DNA of 64,000 nucleotides from Octopus sinensis. Lineage: Eukaryota. The DNA is taken from contig NC_043001.1 of NCBI RefSeq assembly GCF_006345805.1, forward strand, positions 32,612,001-32,676,000, read 5' to 3'. Position 1 is the stretch's first letter. Each line of letters opens with the position of its first letter. Position numbers and translations under genes: made by a program. Below, one piece after another: positions 1 through 11,945 of the stretch. The notes beneath the pieces were generated by a model. The model made no database searches. It worked only from the letters and a program-made list of their open reading frames with translations, and had not been told where the DNA came from.

Positions 1-362
1 TATAATGCTTCACGAAGTCGAAAAAAGAAATTAAGGAATTAATAACAAACAATGAGTTTAACATCGAACGATTTGAGCAAGTTCAGCGAAGCATAATTCG
101 TTGAACTTCCAAATACTGTTCAATTGACTCCGGTTAAACAATTTTCAAATAAATACACTCAAAAGAAAACAACCATATTACTTCTCAATGATTTTCTTTT
201 AATGTAAACCATGTTTCATTTACAACAAGCTGTTAAATAATCAACACATATTCCTATAATTTATTGCTAAATCATATTAAAATATGGCTTTAAAAAAAAT
301 TTAGAAAACGTTGTCAAGGTATTTCCTAAGTTCGTAAACTAATTGCTGTATGTCTTATACAC

Positions 363-587
363 CTCTTTTACACTTTTACTTGTTTCAGTCATTTGACTGT
401 GGCCATGCTGGAGCACCGCCTTTTCGTCGAGCAAATCAACCCCAGGACTTATTCTTTGTAAGCCTAGTACTTATTCTATCGGTCTCTTTTGCCGAATCGC
501 TAAGTTACGGGTACGTACACACACCATCATCGGTTGTCAAGCAATGTTGGTGGGGACAAACACAGACACACAGTCAAATACACAAAC

Positions 588-618
<31 letters not shown>

Positions 619-781
619 CGACGGGCTTCTTTCAGTTTCCGTCTACCAAATCCACTCACAAGGCTAGGCTTTGGTCGGCCCGAGGCTGTAGTAGAAGACA
701 CTTGCCCAAGATGCCACGCAGTGGGACTGAAGCCGGAACAATGTGGTTCGTAAGCAAGCTACTTACCCCACAGCCACTCCT
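363..781 (-). mobile_element. SINE family A (tRNA-like head, internal TA/CA microsatellite, CAGCATGGCCGCAG...GTAAAAGAG tail), near full length
   Basis: Near-identical ~420-bp sequence recurs more than 15 times in the window; Pol III-like head GGAGTGGCTGTG...GGTTCAGTCCC. Confidence 0.9.
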
Positions 782-842
782 TTCGCGTGGTGTTCATTAG
801 CAAGGCGCTTCCGTGCTGAACATACATACATACATACATACG

Positions 843-1410
843 TATGAATGAGAAATTTGCAGTTACTCTATCTAGATTACAAATTCTGGTTTATACCTGT
901 AATTATTGGAGCACTAGGAAATGTAACGTGGAGGCGCATGGCTTAGTGGTTAGGGTGTCAGCATCATGATCGTAAGATTTTGGTTTCGATTCCTGGACCG
1001 GGCGACGCGTTGTGTTCTTCAGCAAAACACTTCATTTCACGTTGCTCCAGTCCACTCAGCTGGCAAAAATGAGCAACGCTAGGATGGACGGGCGTCCCGT
1101 CCAGCTGTGGAATGCATACGCCATAGAAACCGGGAAACCGGGTCCATGAGCCTGGCTAGGCTTTAAAAAGGGCGCATTTATTTTTCATTAGGAAATGTAA
1201 CACTGCCTAAATACCAATCTCAAGAAATTACGCTTTTCAAAACCAGAAAGAGGAAAGCGTATTCGAATACTACAGATCCAATCCATCACTGGAACTGTAA
1301 AAATATGTGAACTTTCTAGAGGTTTATCATTTAAATATATATGGCCATGTCTAGATAATCAACTATATGCATGAGAATGCATACATAAAATAAAATATAC
1401 AAATCTGCAC
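843..1410 (+). mobile_element. 3' fragment of REL-endonuclease non-LTR retrotransposon, split by SINE C
   Basis: Translates RNLQLLYLDYKFWFIPVIIGALGNV...RIRILQIQSITGTVKI, homologous to 2096-2446; preceded by (CATA)n. Confidence 0.7.
928..1187 (+). mobile_element. SINE family C with target-site duplication
   Basis: GTGGAGGCGCATGGCTTAGTGGTTAGG A-box-like head; TSD TAGGAAATGTAAC on both sides; sibling at 9841. Confidence 0.85.
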
Positions 1411-1417
1411 ATATATA

Positions 1418-1838
1418 CTCTTTACTCTTTTACTCTTTTACTTGTTTCAGTCATTTGACTGCGGCCATGCTGGAGCACCGCATTTAGTCGAGCAAATCGA
1501 CCCCGGGACTTATTCTTTGTAAGCCTAGTACTTATTCTATCGGTCTCTTTTGCCGAACCGCTAAGTGACGGGGACGTAAACACACCGGCATCGGTTGTCA
1601 AGCAATGCTAGGGAGACAAATACAGACACACAAACACACACACACAAACATACATATATATATATACATATATACGACGGGCTTCTTTCAGTTTCCGTCT
1701 ACCAAATCCACTCACAAGGCATTGATCACCCCGAGGCTATAGTAGAAGACACTTGCCCAAGGTGCCACGCAGTGGGACTGAACCCGGAACCATGTGGTTG
1801 GTTAGCAAGCTACTTACCACACAGCCACTCCTGCGCCT
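1418..1838 (-). mobile_element. SINE family A, full length
   Basis: Matches other A copies end to end. Confidence 0.9.
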
Positions 1839-2095
1839 ATATATATATACATATATATAAAAATATTCTGTTGATGTTGAAATTTCAATGAAGGAGCCTT
1901 GGATTTTGGTTAGAAAGCGGCTCTTTGTCTATTAGCAAGAAGTCTGGAAATAAAACTGAATAATGACATACATACATACATACATATATGCATACATACA
2001 TACATACATACATACATACATACATGCATACATACATACATACATACATACATACATACATACATACATACATACATGCATACATACATACATAC

Positions 2096-2446
2096 AAATG
2101 TATGTCCATCTATGGGAAAATCTTTCGAAACCTCCAGCTTCTATGTCCAGACTATGAATTCATATTCATACCCATAATAATTGGAGCACTAGGTTTTGTT
2201 AGTAAATTCTTAAAGGAGAATCTGGATAAACTGAGATTTTCAGAAAGAGAAATCAACCGGTCAATTCGTATATTACAAGTGCAATCTGTGAGGGAAACAG
2301 TAAGATATGCAAGACTTTTCTCAGGTTCCAAATGTGATTTTGTCTGTGTTAACTACATCCCAAAGACGGAACATTGTATCTTTGTTAGAAGCCGGTTCCC
2401 TCCTCAGTGGAAGATTTATATAATTAAAAAATAGAAGAGACAGAAA
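2096..2446 (+). mobile_element. 3' fragment of REL-endonuclease non-LTR retrotransposon embedded in (CATA)n
   Basis: YGKIFRNLQLLCPDYEFIFIPIIIGALGFV resembles the C-terminus after the PD-(D/E)xK motif; (CATA)n on both flanks. Confidence 0.7.
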
Positions 2447-2516
2447 TAATAATAATAATACATACATACATACATACATACATACATACATACAACATAC
2501 ATACATACATACATAT

Positions 2517-2587
<71 letters not shown>

Positions 2588-2592
<5 letters not shown>

Positions 2593-2770
2593 TAATCCAA
2601 ACAAGAAAACAAAAAGACAACAACGCGAGGATGTGGAACAATTAAAGTATTATTGGGCGCTCAGGAAAAAAGGGAAGAAGGTGGGTATGACGTTTCGAGC
2701 GGAGCTCTTCGTCGGAAACATAGGAGAAAGAAAGATCCCGAGGTGGGAGGACAGAGGGAAAAAAATTCAA
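2588..2770 (-). mobile_element. HHR-bearing element family H2 (Penelope-like LTR fragment)
   Basis: Homologous to 52937-53092 and 63088-63280; 3' end GGATTAAC abuts (TA)n. Confidence 0.7.
2686..2719 (-). ncRNA. Minimal type I hammerhead motif, core variant CCGACGA
   Basis: gttt-CCGACGA-a-GAGC tcc GCTC-GAAA-C-GTC-atac on the minus strand. Confidence 0.55.
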
Positions 2771-2867
2771 GTGGTCTTCACGAGGTCAACATACTGAAAA
2801 GGCGGAAGTAGTAAACAAGAGAGTGCGGGTTTTCAAAGACAAAAGAGCGGAAAAAGAGATCAACCAG

Positions 2868-2962
2868 GCTATCAGATCTTACTACACATCGCTGGTCACA
2901 ATGCGCTTCGCATTGTTTTAGCCTTCAAATGACGCCACCCCGCTGGCTAAGCGAGCAGGCCA
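2868..2962 (-). repeat. ~115-bp interspersed repeat family G (probable retroelement 3' end)
   Basis: Second copy at 37775-37892; both abut (TA)n; TCACGTGA tail repeat in the longer copy. Confidence 0.6.
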
Positions 2963-3094
2963 ATATATATATATATAGAGAGTGTGAGAGTGAGAGAGAC
3001 GGCTAGAGCGAGAGAGAAAGTAAAGAGAGAGATTTGTATCTGTATGTATGCATGCTCATCTAATCTATCCGTCGATCCGTCTGTCTCACTCTCA

Positions 3095-3125
<31 letters not shown>

Positions 3126-3389
3126 CATTGATAGATATAGATATAATAAAAGAAGATACAGTAATAGCAACAACTAGAAATATGTAAGCAGATAAGGAGT
3201 GTGAAAGAAAAGAGGGTATTAAGAGATTAATAAATGACTTTATTATTTTTGTTATTTAAGGAATAATATTCTTTCTTTCTTTCTTTCTTTCCCTTTTTTT
3301 TGAGGGGAGATTAAAGAGAGATTAGAAGCCGTGGAAATAACAAGCTACGAGGGACTGTGCCAACAGGAAGTGTTAGAGTTGTGATTGTA

Positions 3390-3407
3390 ATGCTGCTAGT
3401 AAAAGTG

Positions 3408-3448
<41 letters not shown>

Positions 3449-3461
3449 GATGAGGATGATG

Positions 3462-3493
<32 letters not shown>

Positions 3494-3930
3494 GATGATG
3501 ATCCTCCTCCACCTCCCCCTTCGCCACCACCAATTCCCCCCTCCTCCTCCTCCTCATCATCATCATCATCCACCACTACCACCACTACAACCACCATCAT
3601 CTTTATCAGAACGCTCATCACCAGAAACATATTTTCATTAATGTCAGCATCTTCATCATCTTGATCATCAATGGCATCCTCCTCCTCCTCCTCCTCCTCA
3701 TCCACCACCACCTCCTCACCCTCCCCTTCAACCATCTCCTCAACCTCCTCCTCCTCCCACTCCTCCACCACCTCCTCCTCTTCCCTCTTCACCTCCTCTT
3801 CCTCCTTCTTCACCCCTCCTTCTTCACCCCCTCCTCCTCCTCCTCCTCCTCCTCATCATCATCATCCATTATAATCATCATCATCATTGTCGTCATCATT
3901 GTCGTCGCCTTTATCACCACCACCACCGGT
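3390..3930. repeat. Compound (GAT)n/(CCT)n/(CAT)n trinucleotide field
   Basis: Direct reading. Confidence 0.95.
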
Positions 3931-4249
3931 ATATGAGTACGTTACACATGAAAAGCAGTAACATATGGTATCTGTGACCGGTTTTTTATTCTAAATTTGA
4001 ACTAGTTTCACTTCTGATTTTTTTTTTTAGGAAACTCATGAATTTAGGTAACAAAAATCTCATTTGGAAAATAATCAGCAAATTTTATGCAATCGCAATC
4101 ATTTACCCTTCAAAATAATATCAATTCTAAACTTTCTTTTTTTATGGGAAGGCGGGTATATAGAATTATTAAATTTTTTTCTTGAGAATCACTGAATGTT
4201 TGTTTATTTGCTAATAAGGATGATTATTTTATGGAGCCAAGACAGAATC

Positions 4250-4420
4250 CTTACATAGTTGCTTGACCTCCCAGAAATAACGGCTAAAACTCCCTCACGT
4301 TACACCATGTTTTCAATAAGGAAAAGACACATTGGAGAGCCTAGTATATATTTTATGCCTAAAATGAAGATAGGATGTTCAGCGCTGACCTGGCGATAAA
4401 CATCAACAACGACAACAACT
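4250..4420 (+). mobile_element. SINE family F, degenerate (GACCTGCTAGAAATAGCAGCCAAAT...GGGCTAAACAACAAC)
   Basis: Motifs shared with many copies at 20-26 kb and 49.9 kb; (AAC)n-like tail. Confidence 0.55.
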
Positions 4421-4574
4421 ATTTCCTGGTCTTATTAGATTGGCGAATAACAACAATTGAACACTAGCATAAGCATACCCTGGGTAGAATATTAAACTGC
4501 ATACAATTGTGGCGCCTTGACTGGGTAGTTCCAGGGTTTTGAGGAGTGTATAACTACTTAAATCTACTCAGATA

Positions 4575-4750
4575 GGCGTAGGAGTGGCTGTGTGATAAGT
4601 AGCTTGCTTACGAACCACATAGTTCCGGGTTCAGTCCCACTGCGTGGCAACTTGGGCAAGTGTCTTCTACTACAGCCCCGGGCCGACCAAAGCCTTGTGA
4701 GTAGATTTAGTAGACGGAAACTGAATGAAGCCCGTCGTATATATGTATGT
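4575..4750 (+). mobile_element. SINE family A, 5' half ending at the internal microsatellite
   Basis: Sequence identity with A copies. Confidence 0.85.
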
Positions 4751-4798
4751 ATTATCCTTGAATAGACAGCATATGTGCAGAAACCCGTCGGATTGTAC

Positions 4799-4936
4799 TT
4801 GATTTAGGGCATATATTTTGCCTGTTTCAACATTAGGACCTGATCCTTGGGGTGCCTTTATTGGAATCTGCTCAGTTGCATGCACTAAGACCGAATATCC
4901 TGTTTTGGGATCAGCCCATATAATGTCTTGCTTCAA
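4799..4936 (-). CDS. Candidate host exon (LKQDIIWADPKTGYSVLVHATEQIPIKAPQGSGPNVETGKIYALNQ), unidentified
   Basis: Unique non-repeat sequence, open 46-codon frame, ttttgcAG acceptor, weak GTACAA donor. Confidence 0.35.
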
Positions 4937-5011
4937 CTGCAAAAGCCCTTAATCCACTTCTTCCTCTATCTTCTACTCTTCATCTTATTATTATACACAC
5001 ACATACATATA

Positions 5012-5393
5012 TCTCTCTATATAAACGGCAGTTTGTCTGTGTGTGTGTCTGTGTGTCTGTTAGGTTGTACCCTCACCCTGACCACGGCTTTCAACCGATT
5101 CTGATGAAACTTGACACACACATAGCCCAATGTCATAATTCAAAACTAACGCAGCGAAAATTTTGAAAAGTTCCCCCAGTTCTGAAAAAAATCAATAAAT
5201 TCGACATGGGGTCGAGAATCAGAAACACAAACCACAGACTGTCTAGGGGACGCAACTCCACCTTTTTAACTCTCAAAAAAAATTTACCATCATTTTTTTT
5301 CCATTTGTTTGCTATTTTTTGGCTATAACTCTCTAAAAATGCTTTATAGTTATTTCCCTTACAAACCCGAGCAACGCCGGGCGATACTGCTAG
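5012..5393 (+). mobile_element. Non-autonomous Helitron
   Basis: 5' TC after A; subterminal hairpin CCCGAGCAACGCCGGG; 3' CTAG followed by T; no TSD. Confidence 0.85.
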
Positions 5394-5891
5394 TATATAC
5401 ATATATGCTAAATACTCTCAACCTAATACACTCCCTCAAAATGGACTTTATCTTTCATAAAATGATACTCGTCATGTACTGAAACAGATTCAATTAGTTA
5501 CATCCCTCTGCAAAGATGTGTTCTGGCCCTATGCTTATATTAGAAATCACTATTTCATATACTATCTTAGCTAAAACGAAAACTTTGGAAATAAAGATTA
5601 ATATGTAGCTTTACAAAATGAACTATTTTTTACAATCTTCCTTGCTTTATAAAACTGATGTGTATGGCTTCGAAGCATAAACTGACTACAATTCAGTTTG
5701 TCACGATGTAACAGTAATAGCAGCAACACATAATAAAAATTTCAAAGCAGTTCAACTCCATGTTGTTGCTTCTTTTAAATTATGTGAAGCGATGTTCTTT
5801 TTAACTATCAGTTTTATTATTTTTTCAATCATTCAGTTCCATGTAAGTCACCAGACCTTATATCTGTCATTCTAACGTCTTCTTCATCATA

Positions 5892-6048
5892 CTCTCTTTT
5901 ACTCTCTTTCTTTACTTGTTTCAGTTATTTGACTGCCGCCGTGCTGGAGCACCGCCTTCAGTCGAGCAAATCGACACCAGAGCTACGAGGATGTGAACAC
6001 ACCAGCATCGGTCGTCAAGCGATGTTGGGGAAACAGACACAAACATAT

Positions 6049-6084
<36 letters not shown>

Positions 6085-6252
6085 ATATATTCGACGGGCT
6101 TCTTTCTGTTTCCGCCTACCAAATCCACTGGCAAGGCTTTGGTCAGCCGAGGCTGTAGTAGAAGACACTTGCCCAAGTTGCCACGCAGTGGGATGAACCC
6201 AGAACCATGTGGTTGGTAAGCAAGATACTTACCACACAGCCACTCCTGCGCC
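5892..6252 (-). mobile_element. SINE family A with internal deletion
   Basis: Identity with A copies. Confidence 0.85.
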
Positions 6253-6585
6253 TTCATTATTATTATTATTGTTGTTGTTATTATTATTATTACTATTATT
6301 ATTATTGTTGTTGTTGTCGCCGTCGTTGTTGTTGTTGAGTGAGAGAGCAGCACTTGCCATCAAAGTAACTTTGGGATACAAATAAAATAGAAGCCCATCT
6401 GATTGGAGAACATTAGGTTTGCCTTTCATCCTCTCGGAGTCGATAAAATAAAATTACCAGTGTCAATGGAATCAACTTACCCGTTCCCCCAAATTGCTGG
6501 CTTTGTGCCAAAATTTGAAATCTTTGTTGTTGTGGTTGTTGTTGTTGTTATTGTTGTTGCTGTTCTTCTCTTCTTCTTCTTCTTT

Positions 6586-6677
<92 letters not shown>

Positions 6678-6681
<4 letters not shown>

Positions 6682-6754
6682 TAGTTTTATTTTTATAACG
6701 TGCTTTTACTTCACTACCGAGCGCAGCTCTGTGTGCCTTGGGTGTGTGCTGTGA
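6678..6754 (-). mobile_element. Extreme 3' UTR of R4/Dong-like LINE in (TTA)n
   Basis: Matches 3' ends at 45290-45357 and 61403-61480. Confidence 0.75.
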
Positions 6755-6824
6755 TTATTATTATTATTTTTATTATCATTATTATTATTATCATTATTAT
6801 CATTATTATTATTATTATTATTAT

Positions 6825-7379
6825 TGAGTGAGAGAGCAGTGCATGCCATCAAAGTGACACTGGGGTAAAATATACGAAGCCCAATATACCCATCATGACT
6901 ACCCGTCTGATAAAGGTACACCAGGCACATGCATCACAACCATATGTGCGCGACATGGTGATCTCATATCAAGATAAACAGCACATGACCTTGCAGGTGG
7001 GGCCCAGTTAGAATTTTCTTCAGATTGAGTAGCCCATCCCGCTCAAACGGTCCCTGAATAAGGGTTGTTTAAGGATGTTGAAAGAACCACCCATGTTTCC
7101 AGAGGTGAACTATTCAAACCCCAAAGAATCCCTCTCAACACATGGCTATGATGCTCCCCCACTACTTCTGCTCGTGATCAGAGATGCACATATTGTCAGC
7201 CACTAAGGGACATGCTCAACTGGTTAAGGTCAAACAACTGACAAGCAAATCTGTGGTATTGAGCAGAATATTTGCTGTAGCCCATCTTTTATACCAAGAC
7301 AAAACAATGTACATGATAACACTTCCAATCAGTTAAGATCAGAAGCCATGAGAGCCACTGCCTGGTACTGCATCAGGGC

Positions 7380-7382
<3 letters not shown>
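6825..7382. mobile_element. ~560-bp non-coding element inserted in (TTA)n; partial copy at 6335-6410
   Basis: Complex sequence bounded by TTA arrays; start TTGAGTGAGAGAGCAG is duplicated. Confidence 0.55.
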
Positions 7383-7469
<87 letters not shown>

Positions 7470-7472
<3 letters not shown>

Positions 7473-8460
7473 TTGGTTTGACTCAGTTTCGGTCTTATTC
7501 CTGGCAGGATTTATGTGGGTAGAAGTTTACTACCCGTAACCTTAGGTATTCACAAGTTTTCAGTAGTTTTTCAAGTGCTTAGAACCTTCCTGATAATCCT
7601 TGCTGTTCTTTAGAGACAAACTTTCTGTAGGAGCTCTACCATGCAGTCTATTTCAATTCCCTTTTGCCATTTATCTATATCTTGGCTTACTGTTCTCAAT
7701 GCACCAATTAGTGTAGGTGTGACCATCACAGTTCTCATACTTCAAATTCTTCTATTTCAAATTTTAAGGGATTGTATTTTTTTTTTTTGTTCCTTATTTT
7801 ACGTTCCTGGAATCAAACGGGCATGATGGGTCAATTAGTAAGCAACTTCACTTTTCTTTATCTATAATTGTTATGCCCGGTCTATCAGTTCTCGTCCGTT
7901 TGAATAGGAAAGGCCCACAAAATCTCACATTTCTCCGACTCCAGTACTCTTTTGACTTGATGATTGTACTATGTGCTTCTGGAGGCGCAATGGCCCAGTG
8001 GTTAGGGCAGCGGACTCGCGGTCATAAGATCGCGGTTTCGATTCCCAGACCGGGCGTTGTGAGTGTTTATTGAGCGAAAACACCTTAAAGCTCCACGAGG
8101 CTCCGGCAGGGGATGGTGGTGGTCCCTGCTGTACTCTTTCACCACAACTTTCTCTCACTCTTACTTCCTGTTTCTGTTGTACCTGTATTTCAAGGGGCCG
8201 GCCTTGTCAATCTCTGTGTCACGCTGAATATCCCCGAGAACTACGTTAAGGGTGCACGTGTCTGTGGAGTGCTCAGCCACTTACACGTTAATTTCACGAG
8301 CAGGCTGTTCCGTTGAGTCGGATCAACCGGAACCCTCATCGTCGTAACCGACGGAGTGCTTCCTAATGTGCTTCTAGCTTCAAATACCCATTTCTGGGCA
8401 AAGCTTCCACTGTAAAATGTTTACCATCTGGTCGTTCCTCTATTTCTTATATTCTTTCTA
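7470..8460 (-). mobile_element. Decayed R4/Dong-like REL LINE 3' fragment, split by a SINE
   Basis: Frameshifted EYKK*RNDQMVNILQWKLC...EKCEILWAFPIQTD...CLLIDPSCPFD...IGALRTV...RTARIIRKVLS*; (TAA)n tail. Confidence 0.75.
7981..8365 (+). mobile_element. tRNA(Arg)-like SINE, long variant of family B, with TSD
   Basis: GGAGGCGCAATGGCCCAGTGGTTAGGGCAGCGGACTCGCGG head; TSD ATGTGCTTCT at 7971-7980 and 8366-8375. Confidence 0.85.
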
Positions 8461-9690
8461 CACCAACTTGATTACGTATTGAGATTAAGGGTTTATAAAT
8501 TATAGGAATATTAATAGAGGTTACTGTATTATTATTTTAAAATTTTGAATTTAAATGGCAGTTCCGCTTGAGATATATAATGATTTTTAGATTTATGAAA
8601 TTGAAATATTTAAAGATTGATTATAGGGGGATAAGAGTATTATTTATTCATATAATTTTTTGATAAAATATAAAGTGTTTTAATTTTATTAAGGTTTTCG
8701 ACAAGTAGTTTAATGTTATTTTCATGTTTTTATGGATGTTGTGGAAGGATTCCGACCACCCTCATGCGACTAAAAGAGGATTGGCATATTGCTATAGAAT
8801 AAAGAACTGAGAGCAATTGGTTAGGGAAGCAGTTCACTGTGAGCTGTTGCCAGAGAGCATTTAACCCCGTTTAACAGTAATCGTAGTGCGTCGTAGTACT
8901 TTCTTTCCTCCTGTTTCGTTAAATTATTTATCCAACACCAGGATATAGAAGTGAACAATGGTAACATTGGTTATTGTGCTCAAATAGCATTCCAACGACC
9001 CAGTCACTAGTTCACTGCATGGAATTGTTATCATTTATTCTTAATATCATGAAGACCAAATGCATGTATGATGCATTATGTAATCACTAAATGGAGTGTT
9101 ACAGAAGATGTCTTTAATTTCTTAGGAGATATTTTCATTTTTGTCAGCTTTCCTGTACGGAAAAGAATAGGGCTGGATCGTTTACTGAGACGACAGTAAT
9201 TAAACGATGTCTAAAATTCAATCATAAATTTGCCAAACATAGTGAAATATAGTCCTATTCCTCACTGTTCCTCTAACAACTGTTAGAAACAGCAAACAGA
9301 TTTGTGTGTTTAGGTGATGGTTCACTGTGAAACGTAATGGTCTACTGTGAAGGTCCACTGACAAACGTAATGAAATTTCATTTCCGTGTGCAACTATTAT
9401 CAGAGTATTATATTTCAAAGAAAACGTCGTAACTTATTGTCAGTTTAATTCCCGATTAGCTGAAAAGAGATCAAATACACAAACAAACCAAACAACAAGT
9501 TTCTTGTTGTAACTACGTGTTGAGGAATGGCACTATTTTGAACCGGTGAATCTCTTTTTACTCGTTGTTTAAAGTTGTTGACAGTGTGTAATGCCGAAGA
9601 CCAGGGGTAAGAATAAGAAAGACGCATGATACACTGGAAAAGATTTTGAAAATACTAGATAAGAATTTATAATATGCTTATATAATTACG

Positions 9691-10090
9691 ATGGAGGCGC
9701 GTTGCTAAGTGGTTAGGGTGTCAGCACCATGATCGTAAGATTGTGGACATTGATCAGTTGTTGCTTACCTGGCTGTTTATCTGTCGGCGTTTAGAGCTAA
9801 AGCCTCCTATAAATAATTTAGACGAACTATTACAAATAAAGTGGAGGCGCGTAGCTTAGTGGTTACAGTGTCAGCATCATGATCGTAAGATTGTGGTCTC
9901 GATTCCTGGACTGGGTGACGCGTTGCGTTCTTGAGCAAAGCACTTCATTTCACGTTGCTCCAGTCCACTCAGCTGGCAAAAATGAGTAACGCTACGATGG
10001 ACTGGCGTCCCGTCCAGCTGGGGAACGCATACGCCATTGAAACCGGGCCCATGAGCCTGGCTAGGCTTTAAAATAGTGCATTTATTACTA
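9691..10090 (+). mobile_element. Double-headed SINE C insertion with TSD
   Basis: TSD TTATATAATTACG at 9678-9690 and 10091-10103; truncated head, ~95-bp spacer, then full copy from 9841. Confidence 0.8.
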
Positions 10091-10344
10091 TTATATAATT
10101 ACGGGCGTGCAGACTAGGTAAAGCAAATGGAAAATTTCTGTGGGTTGATTTACATGCACCTTTATCTATAATTAAAATGTAGGTGTAATTAAGATCTGGG
10201 CCTGCGAAGTACATTTATATCATTGCAAAGATGTATAAGAACATGTACTTTTGAGAGGAACAGAAAGAAACCTCATTTTCTCTTCTGTCCCGTCAAGTGT
10301 AGGCAGATGGAATGTTGTGAGTTAATAGATTTGGTGTGCATTAC

Positions 10345-10416
10345 TTTCAAATGAGATAGATGATATTCTTGAAAGTAGAGGCGGCCACTACAGAAAAAGA
10401 AAGGCGCGAATTCTCT
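10345..10416 (-). CDS. Candidate 72-nt host exon (REFAPFFFCSGRLYFQEYHLSHLK)
   Basis: ttttacAG acceptor, GTAATG donor, one open frame; could be chance. Confidence 0.2.
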
Positions 10417-10988
10417 CTGTAAAATACTAAATTACGGATATACTGCGAGACCTGCGTACAACTGGAGTAATATTACAACAATCATTTGCGTATGCACACA
10501 CACACACAAACAGACTCTCTCACACACACAAACACATGCACACATGCACATATTCCGTTCTACCATTCCATGTTATTTTTTTCTAGGAAGACCTGGAATG
10601 CTACCCACAGTATATTTACAGAAAGAGACATTTCAACTATCAGAATGGCTAAGATACAAAATAAGTTTGCCACACTTGTCTGGGAATTTAAAACGTAAAC
10701 AACCGGAACAAAAGCAGTGAACCATTTTGTTCAACATTCTAGCAATTGTCTTAATCAGCAGCACTAGAATAGTTATTTTATTTGATGGTTATACATTGAT
10801 TTGATGTTTCATATTCACGTTGAGCAAGTGTATTTGTTCAGACAAGCAAACACATTCACTTGACGTAAATATCTTAGAAGATCATTATGATTTGTTTTCC
10901 AACAGCAGCCGAAACGTCTGGTCATATACGAAGGGAATAAAGTTATAACAGTCGAGGGTGCATGGCCTAGTTGTTAAGGTGTTACATT

Positions 10989-11299
10989 GTTGTTTGTTGT
11001 TTGTTCCTCCTCGAGCCATGCCTGGCTCATAAGGGCCGGTTTCCCGGTTTCTTGGCGTATAGGTTCCCCACCTGGACGGAACGCCGGTCCGTCACAGTTG
11101 AGCTGCAAGATGCAGGAGGAAAGAGTGAGAAATAGTTGTGGCGAAAGAGTCAGCAGAAGTTCGCCATTACCTTCTGCCGGAGCTGCGTGGAGCTTAGGTG
11201 TTTCGCTCATAAACACACATATCGCCCGGTCTGAGGTTCGAACCGGCGATCCCTCGACCGCGGGTCCGCTGCTCTAACCACTAGGCCATGTGCCTCCAC
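10989..11299 (-). mobile_element. SINE family B (tRNA-Arg-like) nested in the head of a SINE C
   Basis: TSD AAGGTGTTACATT at 10976-10988 and 11300-11312; siblings at 40350 and 54995. Confidence 0.9.
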
Positions 11300-11945
11300 A
11301 AGGTGTTACATTCAAGATCAAGAGATTGTCGTTTCAATTCCTAGACCGGGTACTACGTTGTGTTACTGAGAAAAAACACTCCATATCACCGTTGCTCTAC
11401 TATTACATCGACACCGGACGTTTGTTACTCCGAGCATCCGTTCAGGAAACGCCAGTTCGATGAGTAGTGAGCTAACGTACAGCGCATACATTTGATCACG
11501 ATAAACAAGTCATTTGTGCTGGCTGTTCAGCAAGAAATTGCAGAACTCTCTTCCTCGGACAACGAGGGACTAACATCAATACCAAAGTTATAATTAATTA
11601 CAAATTAACATTATTAGAGACGAGTTATATCCCTTGGTCAACTTACTTGAAAATAGCTAAACAAAAAATACTTACTAAATATTACTGGTTTAGTGGAGCG
11701 TTCAATACACAAATATTTTGATAAAGAAAAGGGAATAAGTGGCGAGTACCAGGACAGTTGCCATAGTAAAGAAGCTAAAGCATGCAGAGTAAAGCCGCTG
11801 AGCACAAATTGACATTGAAATAAAGTTGAAGTTTTAGGCTTAAAATAACTGATATAGAGTAAGTGAAGGGAAAGAAATAGGGAAATGTTTAAGAGATAAT
11901 GAAAGAGTATATGGGCAATGAATATTTTTTTAATGATATATCGTA

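Noticed and set aside
350-800. Recurring ORFs such as [15 protein letters not shown] / [15 protein letters not shown]
   Set aside because: These are translations of non-coding SINE A, repeated in every copy.
928-1010. tRNA-like sequences at SINE heads
   Set aside because: They are degenerate, continue into SINE bodies and are bounded by TSDs, so they are not tRNA genes.
2868-2962. GGCTAAG motif reminiscent of HDV-like ribozymes
   Set aside because: The nested double pseudoknot (P1, P1.1, P2, P3) could not be built.
5101-5112. CTGATGAAAC motif
   Set aside because: Part of a common Helitron body phrase, with no stems around it.
7355-7380. CCTGGTACTGCATCAGG resembling U2 snRNA stem-loop IV
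   Set aside because: The match is short and no other U2 features are present.
8480-8790. AT-rich, G/T-skewed stretch resembling mitochondrial DNA (NUMT) or a Penelope thumb region
   Set aside because: No frame gave a convincing mitochondrial protein under the invertebrate code, and the Penelope similarity is too weak without a search.
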